Shown one piece after another: positions 12,809-24,654 of a stretch of DNA of 64,000 nt. Where the stretch lies: contig OZ024753.1 of NCBI GenBank assembly GCA_964016885.1, positions 11,780,001 through 11,844,000 on the forward strand, written 5' to 3'. Positions within the stretch are counted from its first letter, which is position 1; every line of letters begins with the position of its first letter. This DNA comes from Eledone cirrhosa (lineage: Eukaryota). Under the pieces are notes generated by a model. That model saw only the letters and a program-made list of their open reading frames with translations, was not told the origin of the DNA and ran no database searches. Made by a program: the position numbers and the translations under genes.

Positions 12809-13088
12809 TTCATTTTTATATAAACATTTTTTAACGGTATTTTCTCCTTTGTAATCCTTCCACTTGTAACCGCTCTGCTTATATTCTCGCCCGCGACATA
12901 TTAACGCTTCTAATATTTAACCCTGTAGGCACAAGTATTGAGCACATATGCACAAGCTATTGGCAACTAAATATATGTATCGCTTATTTCTTCTCTCTCT
13001 CGATACTTAAATATTATATATATATACACACACACACATATATAGGCGAGTATATATATATATATATATAGAGACACACACACAAGTG

Positions 13089-13145
<57 letters not shown>

Positions 13146-13629
13146 GAAGAACGTTGGTTGATTTGTTATACAACTGACTTACGTCTTTGAAATACGTATA
13201 ACAAAATGAATAGGGATGTACAAATGAAACCGTCTTTCTTTATATATATATAAATAAGAAAATGATAATGCCGACACTTTCACGGAACATATTTACAAAG
13301 ATAAATACACAATATTAAAATAAGATTAATTGAAGAGAACAGTACCAGGTAGACAAAATCTGGTGAATGTGACAAACAAAATAATATCGAAGAATTCCGA
13401 TCTATGGCCGACTCCTATAAACTCACGATCTTTAGATAGATAAATAGTCCAGATGGATAGCACAACGAGGCTAGCTATTTAAGACGACGTCACTCGCGAT
13501 GAAAGCTTATTTCGTTTAATTCAAAAGAATATTTGTTAAAAAAAATATGTAAGTTTTGGAAATGACAAATCTTCGCAATAGGACATAGATTTAAAAACCT
13601 TTCACCTGTCCGCAAATGAAATTATATAT

Positions 13630-13810
13630 TTAATTGTTTCTACTTTTGGCACAAGGTCAGCAATTATCCATTACTGGTACTTTATTTTATCGACCCCCGT
13701 AAGGATGAAAGGCAAAGCTAACATTGGCAGGTTTTGAACTCAGAACACAAAGGGCCGTAATTATACTGCAAAGCAATGTGTCCGCGGCTCTACCGATTCT
13801 GCCAATCCAA
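13630..13810 (-). mobile_element. Family-1 SINE
   Basis: Reverse-complement consensus including CTGGTACTTTATTTTATCGACCCCCGTAAGGATGAAAGGCAAAG. Confidence 0.85.
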
Positions 13811-13889
13811 ATGCTAATTAGATGTTTTAAATAAAAAATGGAGAATTACTACTACTATTTCTAATACTACTACTACATGTATATACTCA

Positions 13890-13935
<46 letters not shown>

Positions 13936-13938
<3 letters not shown>

Positions 13939-14377
13939 GACAAACATAGAATATTCGAAAATATTCTGTATGTTTATAATAAACATTTTGAAGACCCAAT
14001 CGCTATAGAATAGAATACGTCACGTATTACATATATATCGCTATTTCAGAGCATTAAATTCAAATTCTAATTTCTGCCGGACCGGCTACCGCTTTATCAA
14101 ACCAGTTCCTGTACACAGCTAAGTATTCTATAAGTCTCTAGCTGTGTCGTTCTCGATAAAAGTATTGGATATGTAATCCTGAAGATTTCTAACAAGAATG
14201 AAACGCGTAGATTACTTCCCTTACTTTTATCGAGAATCTCAAATTGTAATACGTGACGTATTCTATTCTATAGCGATTGGGTCTTCAAAATGTTTATTAT
14301 AAACATACAGAATATTTTCGAATATTCTATGTTTGTCTTCACATATATATCGCTATTTCAGAGCATTAAATTCAAAT
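13936..14377. repeat. ~95-bp perfect inverted repeat (13936-14030 / 14245-14340) plus ~35-bp direct repeat
   Basis: GAAGACAAACATAGAATATTCG...CGTCACGTATTACA is mirrored exactly; ATATCGCTATTTCAGAGCATTAAATTCAAAT occurs at ~14034 and ~14347. Confidence 0.9.
14173..14215 (+). ncRNA. Type I hammerhead ribozyme, canonical core
   Basis: Stem I GTAATC/GATTAC, core CTGAAGA, stem II TTCT-AACA-AGAA, GAAA, palindromic minimal stem III ACGCGT, GUA cleavage triplet. Confidence 0.75.
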
Positions 14378-14614
14378 ATATATATATATATATATGTGTG
14401 TACATATATATATAGCACTGACTGAATGCACATGTGCCTTTTCTCAAAATCCCTTTTCCTGTTCCTTCGTCTTCTCAGTCATCTTTGTATTTTCCATTCA
14501 TTCTTCTGTTGAAGGACTAGTGTGTCGGAAACGTAACGATTCTTTTCCTACTCTATAAAGCGTTAAACTAATATATTTCTTCATTGTATCCGTTTAACTT
14601 CTGTTTGTATTTAT

Positions 14615-14775
14615 AATATAGAAATGGCTTATACAGCACTAGAACTGTTTTATTCTGCAGAAATCATCAGGAAGCCATCACAGGCTTCCTGTTGATTTCT
14701 CCTGAATGAAACAGTTGTAGTCCTCTATAAGCCATATCTATATTAAATATTTAAACCCTGCTATGTATTGATCGC
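14615..14775. mobile_element. Family B fold-back element with a hammerhead motif on each strand
   Basis: Arms 14615-14676/14683-14745; consensus GGCTTC-CTGATGA-TTTC..GAAT-GAAA-CAG...CTG-TA-.AAGCC; relatives at 54690-54861 and 59990-60125. Confidence 0.7.
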
Positions 14776-14812
<37 letters not shown>

Positions 14813-14817
<5 letters not shown>

Positions 14818-15013
14818 AACCAGTAAGGCCCCGACGGCTGAGCTCAAGCCGTTTCGACGGCTAATTCTGGACGAATAGTACAGAATTAGCCGTCGAAACG
14901 GCTTGGGCTCAGCCGTCGGGGTCTTACTGGTTCCTATTACCCACTCTACTACCCTAAGTATTGAGTACTTTGGTGCGTTATGGTCCACCTGGTTCCTTAC
15001 CACATTTCCTTCG

Positions 15014-15016
<3 letters not shown>
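14813..15016 (+). mobile_element. Family A short PLE-derived element, fold-back copy 2
   Basis: ~58-bp arms 14813-14937 containing GAAACGGC-TTG.GCTCA-GCCGTC; conserved tail; (TA)n on both sides. Confidence 0.8.
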
Positions 15017-15078
<62 letters not shown>

Positions 15079-15598
15079 GCATTACATTTTAAGAATTAAA
15101 AGAATCTTTTTAATGGAAAAAAAAATATTGTTTACATTTAAAACATTATAGCCACTTCCCGAAAATCGAAATCTTTTTAGTTTCAATTTATTAAGCCTAG
15201 AAACTTAATTACTAATTAAAACCAAATAACTTTTCCAATTGAAATTTAAATGAAATATATTTTGATAGGAAAAATAGCGCTGCAGTTGTAGACTTTCTCA
15301 TAGAAGACTATTCGTTATTTTTCATAGATCAATCTAACATTTATATATATCAAAGATCATGAGTCTCACGGTTAAAACCTTGATAAACCTACGATATATA
15401 TAAAAAATAAGTTAATGAGATGATAAAAGCTAGATATTTTTAAAACCTTTCTAACGACATATGAACTTTTATGAATTTACAAAATAAGATTATTGATTTG
15501 AAATGTCTAACATTTCAAATCATTGTTTTTGTATTTTGTCACATCTCCGTTTCGCTATAAAATAATTATCTCCATGCCTTCTATTGAAAACACTTAAA

Positions 15599-15648
<50 letters not shown>

Positions 15649-16218
15649 CGAAAGATTGAAGAATAACATGGCCGGAAATACGATGAGAGAGAGACAGAGA
15701 GAGAGAGAGAGAATCCATTTGTAAAAACACCTATAAATTTGACATAATAAGCCACAATATTTGTCAAAAATATTTGTACATAATTCTTTGATTAAATCCA
15801 AGCTGAAGCTAGACAGATTCCTGGTTCTACCTAATGTTACAGAAATCTAGCAATTGGTAAACTTGGATTGAAGCTAATAGAAACTTACTTCATTAGCTCC
15901 TTGAATTGTTTATAAGCTCTGTCAATGCAAGTATATTTGAGAAGTCTCTCCATTTCACGAAAAAAATATTGCAAGGTTCTGTGGCTTGACAGCAAGTTAG
16001 ATTTGGGATGAGCATCCATTTATCATATATATATATATATATGGGATAACAAGTTATCGTTATAGGTAATCCGGTTAGAGGTTGTGAGTATTTAAGGTCG
16101 AGTGACGCAACTTCGAGTGATTAGCGGCCTTTAGACTCACCTGATCAATGAAACAATTGTTAATACTTGAAATAAAACCCCTTGTACAGCCGACCATCTT
16201 ATTCTTCAATCTTTCACT

Positions 16219-16262
<44 letters not shown>

Positions 16263-16320
16263 AGAAATAGGATTTCGCTTCAAGCATAGCTTTATACAAT
16301 ATGTATAAATATATATATAT

Positions 16321-16450
16321 AACAAAGAAGATGTGGTAAGATAACAGGTGGACCATAACGCACCAGAATACTCAATATTTAGTAATGTGAAAAAAGTCAG
16401 GACACCCGACGGCTGAGATCCGGACGTTTCGACAGCTAGATCCGAACTAA
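16321..16450 (-). mobile_element. Family A element, diverged, non-palindromic copy
   Basis: TGTGGTAAGATAACAGGTGGACCATAACGCACCAGAATACTCAATA...CCGACGGCTGAG..CGTTTCGAC is the reverse complement of family A. Confidence 0.7.
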
Positions 16451-17026
16451 GCCACAAGTATTAGAACGGCAGGAATCCAGCAGAATATAGCAAGGGGTTC
16501 GGGTTTGGATTAGTATTCGGATTCGGATTCGGGTTCGGATTTCTTCCCGTTTGACCTGTCCGTAATCCTTTTCTCGCGGGGACTTGGCCAAGCCGGTATG
16601 AATTTTTTTCTCTCTCTCGTCTGCGACTTCACAGAACTTATGTTTACCGAATTCGCAGACCAGACCCCTTCTTCCTCCCGTTAGACCTATGCGAAATTCC
16701 TTCCTTGCTCACATTTCAACCAGGTTTGATGGTCTTTATTCTCTCGTTCACGATTTCACCGAATTTATATTCATAGAAATCTGGGACTTGTTTCTTCTTC
16801 ATCACTTTCTGCTGCTTAAACCATTTTGTCTGTTTACCCTAGCGTCTCCTTTATTTACGTGTCCCAACGACTTTTTTTAGCCGTTGCTCGCACCAACCTG
16901 AGGTATATGGCCTTTAATGCGACGAAATGCCTACGACGGTTGGAAGGCCACTGATGAGGACAAACTTTTTCATATGTAACCCATTTGCAGCGCCGCAGCT
17001 CCATTATTATCATATATCTATATATA

Positions 17027-17072
<46 letters not shown>

Positions 17073-17225
17073 TTTGATTTAAATGACACGCTGGGCCGAT
17101 GAAATGCCATTAAAGTTTTATTTTTGCAAAAAACACTATATACATTTCAATGGCCAAGTTACGTCAAATCCTAGCGACATCATCAGTTATTCAATAAAGG
17201 AATTACGGCAAAGAAGATATGCCAT

Positions 17226-17780
17226 AATAATCTCATGTTATTGAATCTATGATATTTTCTTATTTAATTGGTGGATTGGCAGTATAGGTAGAGGGTCGAA
17301 CGACATGATTTGCAGCAAAGAGTTACGGCCCTTTATGGTCTGAGTTCAAATCCCGACGACGTTACCTTTGCCTTTCATCCTTAAGGGGTCGATAAAATAA
17401 AGTACCAGTAATACACTGAGATAACTGTTGGCCTTGTGCCAAAAATAGAAACAAATATTTAATTGGTGGATTGGCAGTATCGGTAGAGGGTCGGGTGCCA
17501 TGCTTTGCAACATAGAATTACGGCCCTTTGCGATCTGAGATCAAATCCCACCAAGGTTAATTTTGTGTTTCACCCTCACGGGGTCGATAACATAAAGTAC
17601 CAGTAATGCACAAGAATAATTGCTGGCCTTGTGCCAAAAGAAGAAACAATTATTTAGTTTGAGAATAATACCTTTATATCAGTATGAGGGGGCCAGTTAC
17701 AGCCAGTTTGAACAGTAAGGGATGAGAGAAAAGTGGCCGGATGTGGCCGAATGTGGCCGGTTTAAATAGTAAAGTGTTAA
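17226..17780. mobile_element. piggyBac-type MITE end interrupted by a tandem pair of family-1 SINEs (17268-17458, 17463-17655)
   Basis: ATCTCATGTTATTGAATCTATG before the SINEs and AATACCTT...GGCCGGTTTAAATAGTAAAGTGTTAA after them are contiguous in copies at 40195-40341 and 41397-41555. Confidence 0.65.
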
Positions 17781-18054
17781 TTTATAAAGAAAATTAATTG
17801 TCACAGATGTGTTACCACTTAAATTAAAATTTCACCAGAGATAGTTCAGAAGAATGTAAGAAGCAGAGGATGGGATAAGTGCAAGGGTCGTGGGGAATGT
17901 TGCAGCTGTGAAAGCTGTGTATGGATTGTATGCTTCTCTTTCGCTTGGCTGTCGGACAGACAACGACTGATTCTATTACGGCCGCTATGGGTGAGCTTGT
18001 ATTGTAAATGGTTCTGATAGGGCAATACGACAGGTGTCAATGGAGAACTATCAC

Positions 18055-18184
18055 AGTGTGTGAGTGAGTGCGTGCGAGAGTGCGAGAGGGCGTGAGTGCG
18101 AGAGTGCGAGAATGCGTGAGTGCGAGAGTGCGACAATGCGTGAGTACGAGAGTGCGAGAATGCGTGAGTACGAGAGTGCGAGAA

Positions 18185-18216
<32 letters not shown>

Positions 18217-18340
18217 TGAGTGCGTGCGTGAGTGCGTGCGTGCGTGCGAGAATGCGTGAGTGCGAGAATGCGAGAGTGCGAGAGTGCGAGAATGCGTGAG
18301 TACGAGAGTGCGAGAATGCGTGAGTACGAGAGTGCGAGAA

Positions 18341-18380
<40 letters not shown>

Positions 18381-18410
18381 TGAGTGCGTGCGTGAGTGCG
18401 TGCGTGCGTT
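18055..18410. repeat. (GCGT)/(GAGT)/(GCGAGA) compound repeat
   Basis: Directly visible. Confidence 0.9.
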
Positions 18411-18489
18411 AAGCATAGTCTTATAGTCACTCTATATGTAGTTGAATATATGTGTGTATCAATGTATTTAACTGTGTAAATATACATGT

Positions 18490-18853
18490 TTCAGTGTAAT
18501 AACGTGTGTGTGTATGTTATATACGTATGTAGCTGGTGTGTGTGTGTGTGTGTGTGTGTGTGTTAATATATACGTGTGTAGCTGGTGTATATCTAGTGTA
18601 ATAACGTGTGTGTGTGTGTGTGTGTGTGTTAATATATGTGTGTAGCTTGTGTGTGTGTGTGTTAATATATGTGTGTAGCTGGTGGATATATAGTGTAATA
18701 ACGTGTGTGTGTGTGTGTTAATATGCGTGTGTAGGTGGTGTGTGTGTATAAATATATACGTGTGGAGCTGGTGTGTGTGTGTTAATATATGTGTGTAGCT
18801 GGTGTATATCTAGTGTAATAACGTGTGTGCGTATTAATATATACGTGCGTAGC

Positions 18854-18917
<64 letters not shown>

Positions 18918-18945
18918 ATATATACGTGTGTAAATATACATGTAT
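18490..18945. repeat. (TG)n-containing degenerate minisatellite
   Basis: Recurrent GTTAATATATACGTGTGTAGCTGG and AGTGTAATAACG blocks. Confidence 0.8.
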
Positions 18946-19139
18946 ATCTACTGGCGCGGGGACAGAAATAATTGAACTAGATACAAGATGGCGCGATTAA
19001 ACCACCGGGAGTGAAGGACCCCTGGCCCTCGTCAGGGCATTCTTTTAGGAGAAGGTAACTCAGGAAACTGGGATAACTCAGCAACATTCCTGTGGCCCTG
19101 TAACCGATGTTGAATTTTTCTTCTGTTACGTTCTGGAAA

Positions 19140-19680
19140 TGTGTGTGTATGTGTACGTATATATGTGTACGTGTGCATGTGCGCGTGTGCGTGTGTGCAT
19201 GTGTGCGTGCGCATGCATACGCGTGCACGTGTACGTGTGCATGTGCATGCGTGCGTGTGCATGTGTACGTGCACGTATGTACATGTGCATGTGTGCATGT
19301 GTGCGTGCGTATGTGTGCGAGCGCATGTGTACGCGTGCGTGTATACGTATGCATGCACATGCGTGCGTGTGCATGTGTACGTGTGTATACGTGTGTATGT
19401 GTACGTGTGCATGTGCGTGTGCATGTGCGTGTGCATGTGCGTGTGCATGTATGCATGTGTAGGCGTGCATGTGCATGCGTGCGTGTGTATGTGTACGTAT
19501 GCATGTATATGTATGCATGTGTACGTGTGCATGTGTGCGTGTGTATGTATACGTATGTACACGTGTGTATGTTTACGTATGTATACGTGTGTATGCCTAT
19601 CTGTTTATGCTCGTTAGTATGTGAATGTCAATGTTATGTCTACGCATGTGTGAGAATATACACAATTGCATGGGTGAGTG

Positions 19681-19736
<56 letters not shown>

Positions 19737-20447
19737 GGGGGGGTGAGTGTGGGAGGTTGAGTGTGTATGGGGGGTGAGTGAGTGTGTGTGTGTGGGGGGG
19801 GGGGGCTTAGTGTGAGTGTGTGTCTGTGTGTGTGTGTCTGTGCCTGTGCGTGTATGTGTGTGTATATATGCGTGTGTATGCGTGTGCATGTTTCTGTATA
19901 TTGTAGGAAGAGTATGTGACTATATATGTGTGTATGTGTGTGCATGCTTGTGTGCATGCGTGTGTAAGCTTGTGTGCATGCGTGTGCATTCGTGTGTGTG
20001 TATGTATGTGTATGTGTGTGTATGCATGTTTCTGTATATTGGAGGAAGTATATATGTGAGTATATGTGTGTGTGTGTTGTATGTGTGTCAGTGAATCTGA
20101 ACGCGTGTGAGACTTACGCACGCGTATATGCGTGCGCGTATGTGTGGCCGGTCGTGTGTGGCCGGTCGTGTGGGGTCGGACGCGTGTGTCCGGACGCGTG
20201 TACATAGGCTAGTGTGTGTATATTCTGTTCTAGTATGAATATATATATATGTAAATGTGTGTGTCTATTTGTTTGAGAGAAAGAGAGCGTCTCTGTGCGT
20301 GTGCGCGTGTGTGACAGAGTGCCCGAGTGCGTGAGTGCTTATATGTGTATATAAATGTGTGCGTATGTATGTTTATGTGAGTTCGAGAGATAGAGAGAGA
20401 GAGAGTGCGTGTGCATGTGCGTGTGTGTCCATGTGTGTGTGTGTGTC

Positions 20448-20480
<33 letters not shown>

Positions 20481-20670
20481 ATGTGTGTATGTGTGTGTGT
20501 CCATGTGTGTGTGTGTGTGTGTGTGTCCATGTGTGTGTGTGTGTGTCCGTGTGTGTGTGTGTGTGTGTATGTGTGTGTGTGTGTGTGTATGTGTGTGTGT
20601 GTGTGTGTGTATGTGTGTGTGTATGTGTATGTGTGTGTGTGTGTGTGTGTATGTGTGTGTGTGTGTGTGA
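19140..20670. repeat. Alternating purine-pyrimidine (GT/GC/AT) low-complexity field
   Basis: GTGCATGTGCGT-type and (TG)n tracts. Confidence 0.85.
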
Positions 20671-21549
20671 GTGAATGAGGTGGAGGTGCTCATGAAGGAG
20701 AAAGAAATCACCTGCTCTGTATTGTCAACTTGGTTTGCTCTAACCCCCACCCGCCCTATTTTTTCTCTTTTTTCCTGTACACTCCACTAAATTCACTTCT
20801 TTATTCCTTTACTGCTTCTGTTATTGTTGCTGTAGCTGTTGCAGACGTCATCACTAGCCATTATCACCAGGAAACCCTCGCCAGTCGATAAGAGACCCTC
20901 TAGGTGGTCACTCATCTTCCTAGAAATAGTAGCGATATTATACTCACTCACATCAGAGGATAACGTCGTACTAAATAAAATAATACATATATGCAAGTTA
21001 GGCTGCTCAGCCGTTAATATGCATAAGGAAAGTATATACTTTCGGACGTTCAACAATCTGGCAGGAAGGTATACGTTGCTGATGATAGCTAACAAGCTTG
21101 AAACTAGTACAGCGTACCTTTGTCAGTGTTGAACAAACGAGCAACGGTGGTTGCTAGACACTGCGGCTTTATACGGGATGTTTGTTTACAAACACACCGA
21201 GCATTATAATAAATGTTTAGTGAATCCATACGTACATATATATATATATGTGTGCATGTATGTATATATTTATATATATACATACTACTGTACGTCTGTA
21301 TACATATATGTATGTACGTATACATACTTATATATATGGGAACATTTGCTAATAACGTCCTCAACAGAATATCTCCAGAAACTAAAGACGGGCGGTTACA
21401 ACAAGGACATCTTTAACCTTAGGTCTGCATTCTCAGGGATTATCTGCCCTAAACAAATCCATGCTGCTATCACTCCAACGAATATTGCCTCGACACACCA
21501 GACATATTTAATAAATCTCCCTCAAATCACACTATCGTCAAAATAACGC

Positions 21550-21935
21550 GCATTTGGCAGTATCGGTAGAGGGTTGGGCGCCATGCTTTCCAGCATAGTT
21601 ACGTCCCTTTACGATCCGAGTTCAAATCCCGCCGAGGTTAACTTTGCCTTTCATTCTTACGAGGTCGATAAAATAAAGTACCAGTAATACACTGGGTATT
21701 TGCGGGCCTTGTGCCAAAAGTAGAAACAATTATTTTATATAAGGGCGGTGAATTGGCAGTATCGGTAGAGGGTCGGACGCCATGCTTGGCAGCAAAGAGT
21801 TACGTCCCTTTATGGTCCTAGTTCAAATCCCGCCGAGGTAAATTTTGCCTTTCATCCTTACGGGGCCGATAAAATAAAGTACCAGTAATACACTGATATA
21901 ATTGCTGGCCTTGTGCCCAAAGTAGAAACAATTAT
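21550..21935 (+). mobile_element. Tandem pair of family-1 SINEs
   Basis: Two full A-box/B-box/core/tail units starting at ~21550 and ~21741. Confidence 0.88.
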
Positions 21936-21959
21936 CTTATATATGCCTAGATAATTCTT

Positions 21960-22140
21960 TTTTCTTCCCCACCTATTCCTGAGAGGGTCGTGGGGGCAGA
22001 TTCCTCAAACACTCATTCCAGTGGGTACTATCAGAAGCAACAGTTTCTAAGTGATCCTAGTTTATCCCCAAGCGAGACCAGCCAAGCTCCTGGATGTTAT
22101 CGAAACATCTTACTCGGGGTCTACCCCTAGGTCTCCCGAA
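21960..22140 (-). mobile_element. RTE-clade LINE 3' end remnant
   Basis: Minus strand reads GRPRGRPRVRCFDNIQELGWSRLGI, a GRP-x-W-x-D motif typical of RTE ORF ends; homologous to 57540-57800. Confidence 0.65.
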
Positions 22141-22594
22141 CGCATTAATTCATATATGAAAAAAAGTATATTGAGTTAATCACAGCTGGAATGTCTTTCA
22201 GCAATATTTAATTAATAAAAGCTGGTGTGGGCATCCGTGACTATAACAAAAGCATTATCCACTATCTATCTCAAAAAGGATTACTTACTACTACGCTAAA
22301 ATCCGCCAGTTGCAAACTGCGCATCAACGCGAGATATTTTTCTCCACAAAGTTCGATCACAACCAGCAGAGTTTAAAGAGAAATCTATAGATTGACATTA
22401 TCAAATCATCAGCAAAAATATCACCACTATAATCCACAAAAATATCTTCACATTCGTTATATAACATCTGAAATATAGAGTATGTCACAATACATACGAC
22501 GTTTTTCTCCTAAAATAACGGTACTGATGTTCTATCTAAATATATATATAAGAAGTACATGAAATTACAAGTTATCACATTCAATATGATCTTC

Positions 22595-22750
22595 CAGCGG
22601 CCTCAGGCGAAATGGACTCAACAATGAGTCTGTCGTTCATTGCCGTTGCTAAGTCCTGGATTTCAATACCGGAAACTCTGGAGATGACATCGTCCCCTGT
22701 TATTAGTGACTGCTTGTGGTTTCCAAAGCATTAATGAGGACACAGCCTCA
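22595..22750 (-). mobile_element. RTE-like LINE 3' fragment, inverted partner of 23140-23335
   Basis: CATTGCCGTTGC.A.GTCCTGGATTTCAATACC and CCCCTGTTA.TAGTGAC.GCTTGTGGTTTCCAA are reverse complements of the downstream copy. Confidence 0.65.
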
Positions 22751-22751
22751 A

Positions 22752-23015
22752 TATAAGACCCTTTGGAACTCACACAATGATTCCAATGTTTTTTTCCATT
22801 GACTGTGGCAGTGCTAGAAGTCGTTTTCGGTGAATACCCTTAGCTCGTCGGTTACAGGGTTTTGTAGGTTTCCCACAGTCCCAAAATCATGACCCTTCAA
22901 CTTCGATCTCAACTGAGGGAAGAGGTATAAATTACACGGAGCTCGATCTAGGCTGTAGGGAGGATGTGGAAGAGTGAGAATATTTGTCTTCTCCCAAATC
23001 CAATCAGTAATTAAC
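22752..23015 (-). pseudogene. Mariner transposase C-terminal fragment
   Basis: LPHPPYSLDRAPCNLYLFPQLRSKLKG matches the HPPYSPDLAPxD motif; continues past a stop as QWKKHWNHCVSSKGSY. Confidence 0.85.
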
Positions 23016-23139
23016 ACAATCATTGTTATTCCATTCATCCTTATGTTCTGCATCACAACAATCACACATCTGCTACCACTTGTCTGCCTTACATCACATT
23101 GAGAGTAAGATTAGCTAGCCACTGCCATCGTGCCACCTA

Positions 23140-23335
23140 TGAGGCTGTGTTTCCATTAGTACATTGGAAACCACAAGCGGTCACTAGTAACAGGGGTCAC
23201 AAGCTCTCCTATCCCGATGTCATCATCAGAGATTCTGGTATTGAAATCCAGGACCTGGCAACGGCAATGCACGACAAACCCACGTGAAGATCAATTGTTG
23301 AGTCGATTTCAGCTGAGATCACCGGCGGATAATGA
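23140..23335 (+). mobile_element. RTE-like LINE 3' end remnant
   Basis: WKPQ...RGHKLSYPDVIIRDSGIEIQDLATAMHD, typical of LINE ORF2 C-termini. Confidence 0.6.
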
Positions 23336-24091
23336 TATCACATTACACCTGTCACATCACGTCTTTAACATATCACATCTGTTAGGATATCTTTAGTATG
23401 TCTGGGCTGCTATATAATCTCAGCGATATCATGTATATTCTGAAATGGTAACACGATGTCAGCCATCATATCTCTTCCCATTACATCTAACTTCATTGTC
23501 TTCCACATCAGTTCCTTTCCTCCTCACCATGTCTATTTCCTACCTGCTATCACATTTGCATCCTGCATAGTATCCTGTTCTCTTTCCAGTCGTAACAATT
23601 TTTTATTGATATTTATTTACTTACTTTGCTATCCTATCCGAAAGACAGTTATTTGTGGTCTCCTACCTCTATGTTGAGTTGGCTCAATAGAATGCAATAT
23701 AATTGACAGATACCCGGTGTATATCGGAAGGTGTTCACAGTTACAAATTGTACACAATACGTTAATGGAATATAGCCATATTAATTCTATTATATAAATA
23801 ACTTCCACAGCACTAGATTGGTTTCATTCATAAGTAATCCTCAAGATTCCAGACCCGTAGAAGTAATTTCTATAATAAAGTATATATTGAGTTAACTCAC
23901 AATAGTCCCCTATAATTAAGATAGCTCAAGGAGAACAACATTTTCCGAGCCTTATAATACTGGAAGAAGAGAAGAACACTGATATGTAGTTATGTGTTCA
24001 AATCACAGGGATTCTTGATTGGCTTCTGCGAACCATACTATTTTAGTCAATATTTTCTTTACCCTGGTTGTCTACGTTTCTTGTGAGTTGA

Positions 24092-24134
<43 letters not shown>

Positions 24135-24140
24135 CTACCT

Positions 24141-24197
<57 letters not shown>

Positions 24198-24201
<4 letters not shown>

Positions 24202-24378
24202 AACGATCGACTTTCGTCAAATCGGACCGAGGAAACAATGTTTCTGTTGGTCTTTCCAATTGGTAATACTATCTATCGGTCGCAACTCCAGATAGAAGGA
24301 GCAACGGGAAATAAAGTGTCTTGCTCAACGACATAATGCATCGCCCGGTCCAGGAATCGAACTTACAACCTCACGATA
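24198..24378 (-). mobile_element. Family-2 (CORE-like) SINE
   Basis: AAAGTGTCTTGCTCAA, GGAATCGAACT (reverse B-box); tail shared with 10795-10982. Confidence 0.78.
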
Positions 24379-24654
24379 AATATATATATATATATATATA
24401 TACATAAATAGGTATTGAAGTTTCCGTTGAAAATTGAAAAAAATCATAATAGTGAAGAATGCTCTATGTAAGTAACAGAGCAAAATTTAATGTATAATAA
24501 ACAATACAATATAATTAACTCACTACCAGAGGTTTCCCGAATAAGACGAATACGAAAAAAAACGTCCTCATTCGTTCGTCGGACAAGGCAATATAAAAAA
24601 TATTATATATATATATATATAGTTAAAAGAATAGAGGTGTAACACACAAGTTAT

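Noticed and set aside
14505-14540. Further degenerate hammerhead-like strings (also ~17140-17190 minus, ~34755-34790, ~53480-53525, ~59720-59757)
   Set aside because: Core or stems have multiple mismatches; probably decayed relatives but not supportable individually
15884-16019. Minus-strand exon candidate MDAHPK...REMERLLKYTCIDRAYKQFKELMK with GTAAGT
   Set aside because: More like the decayed C-terminus of a Tc1/mariner-type transposase ending at a TAA stop; no acceptor or partner exon; unresolved
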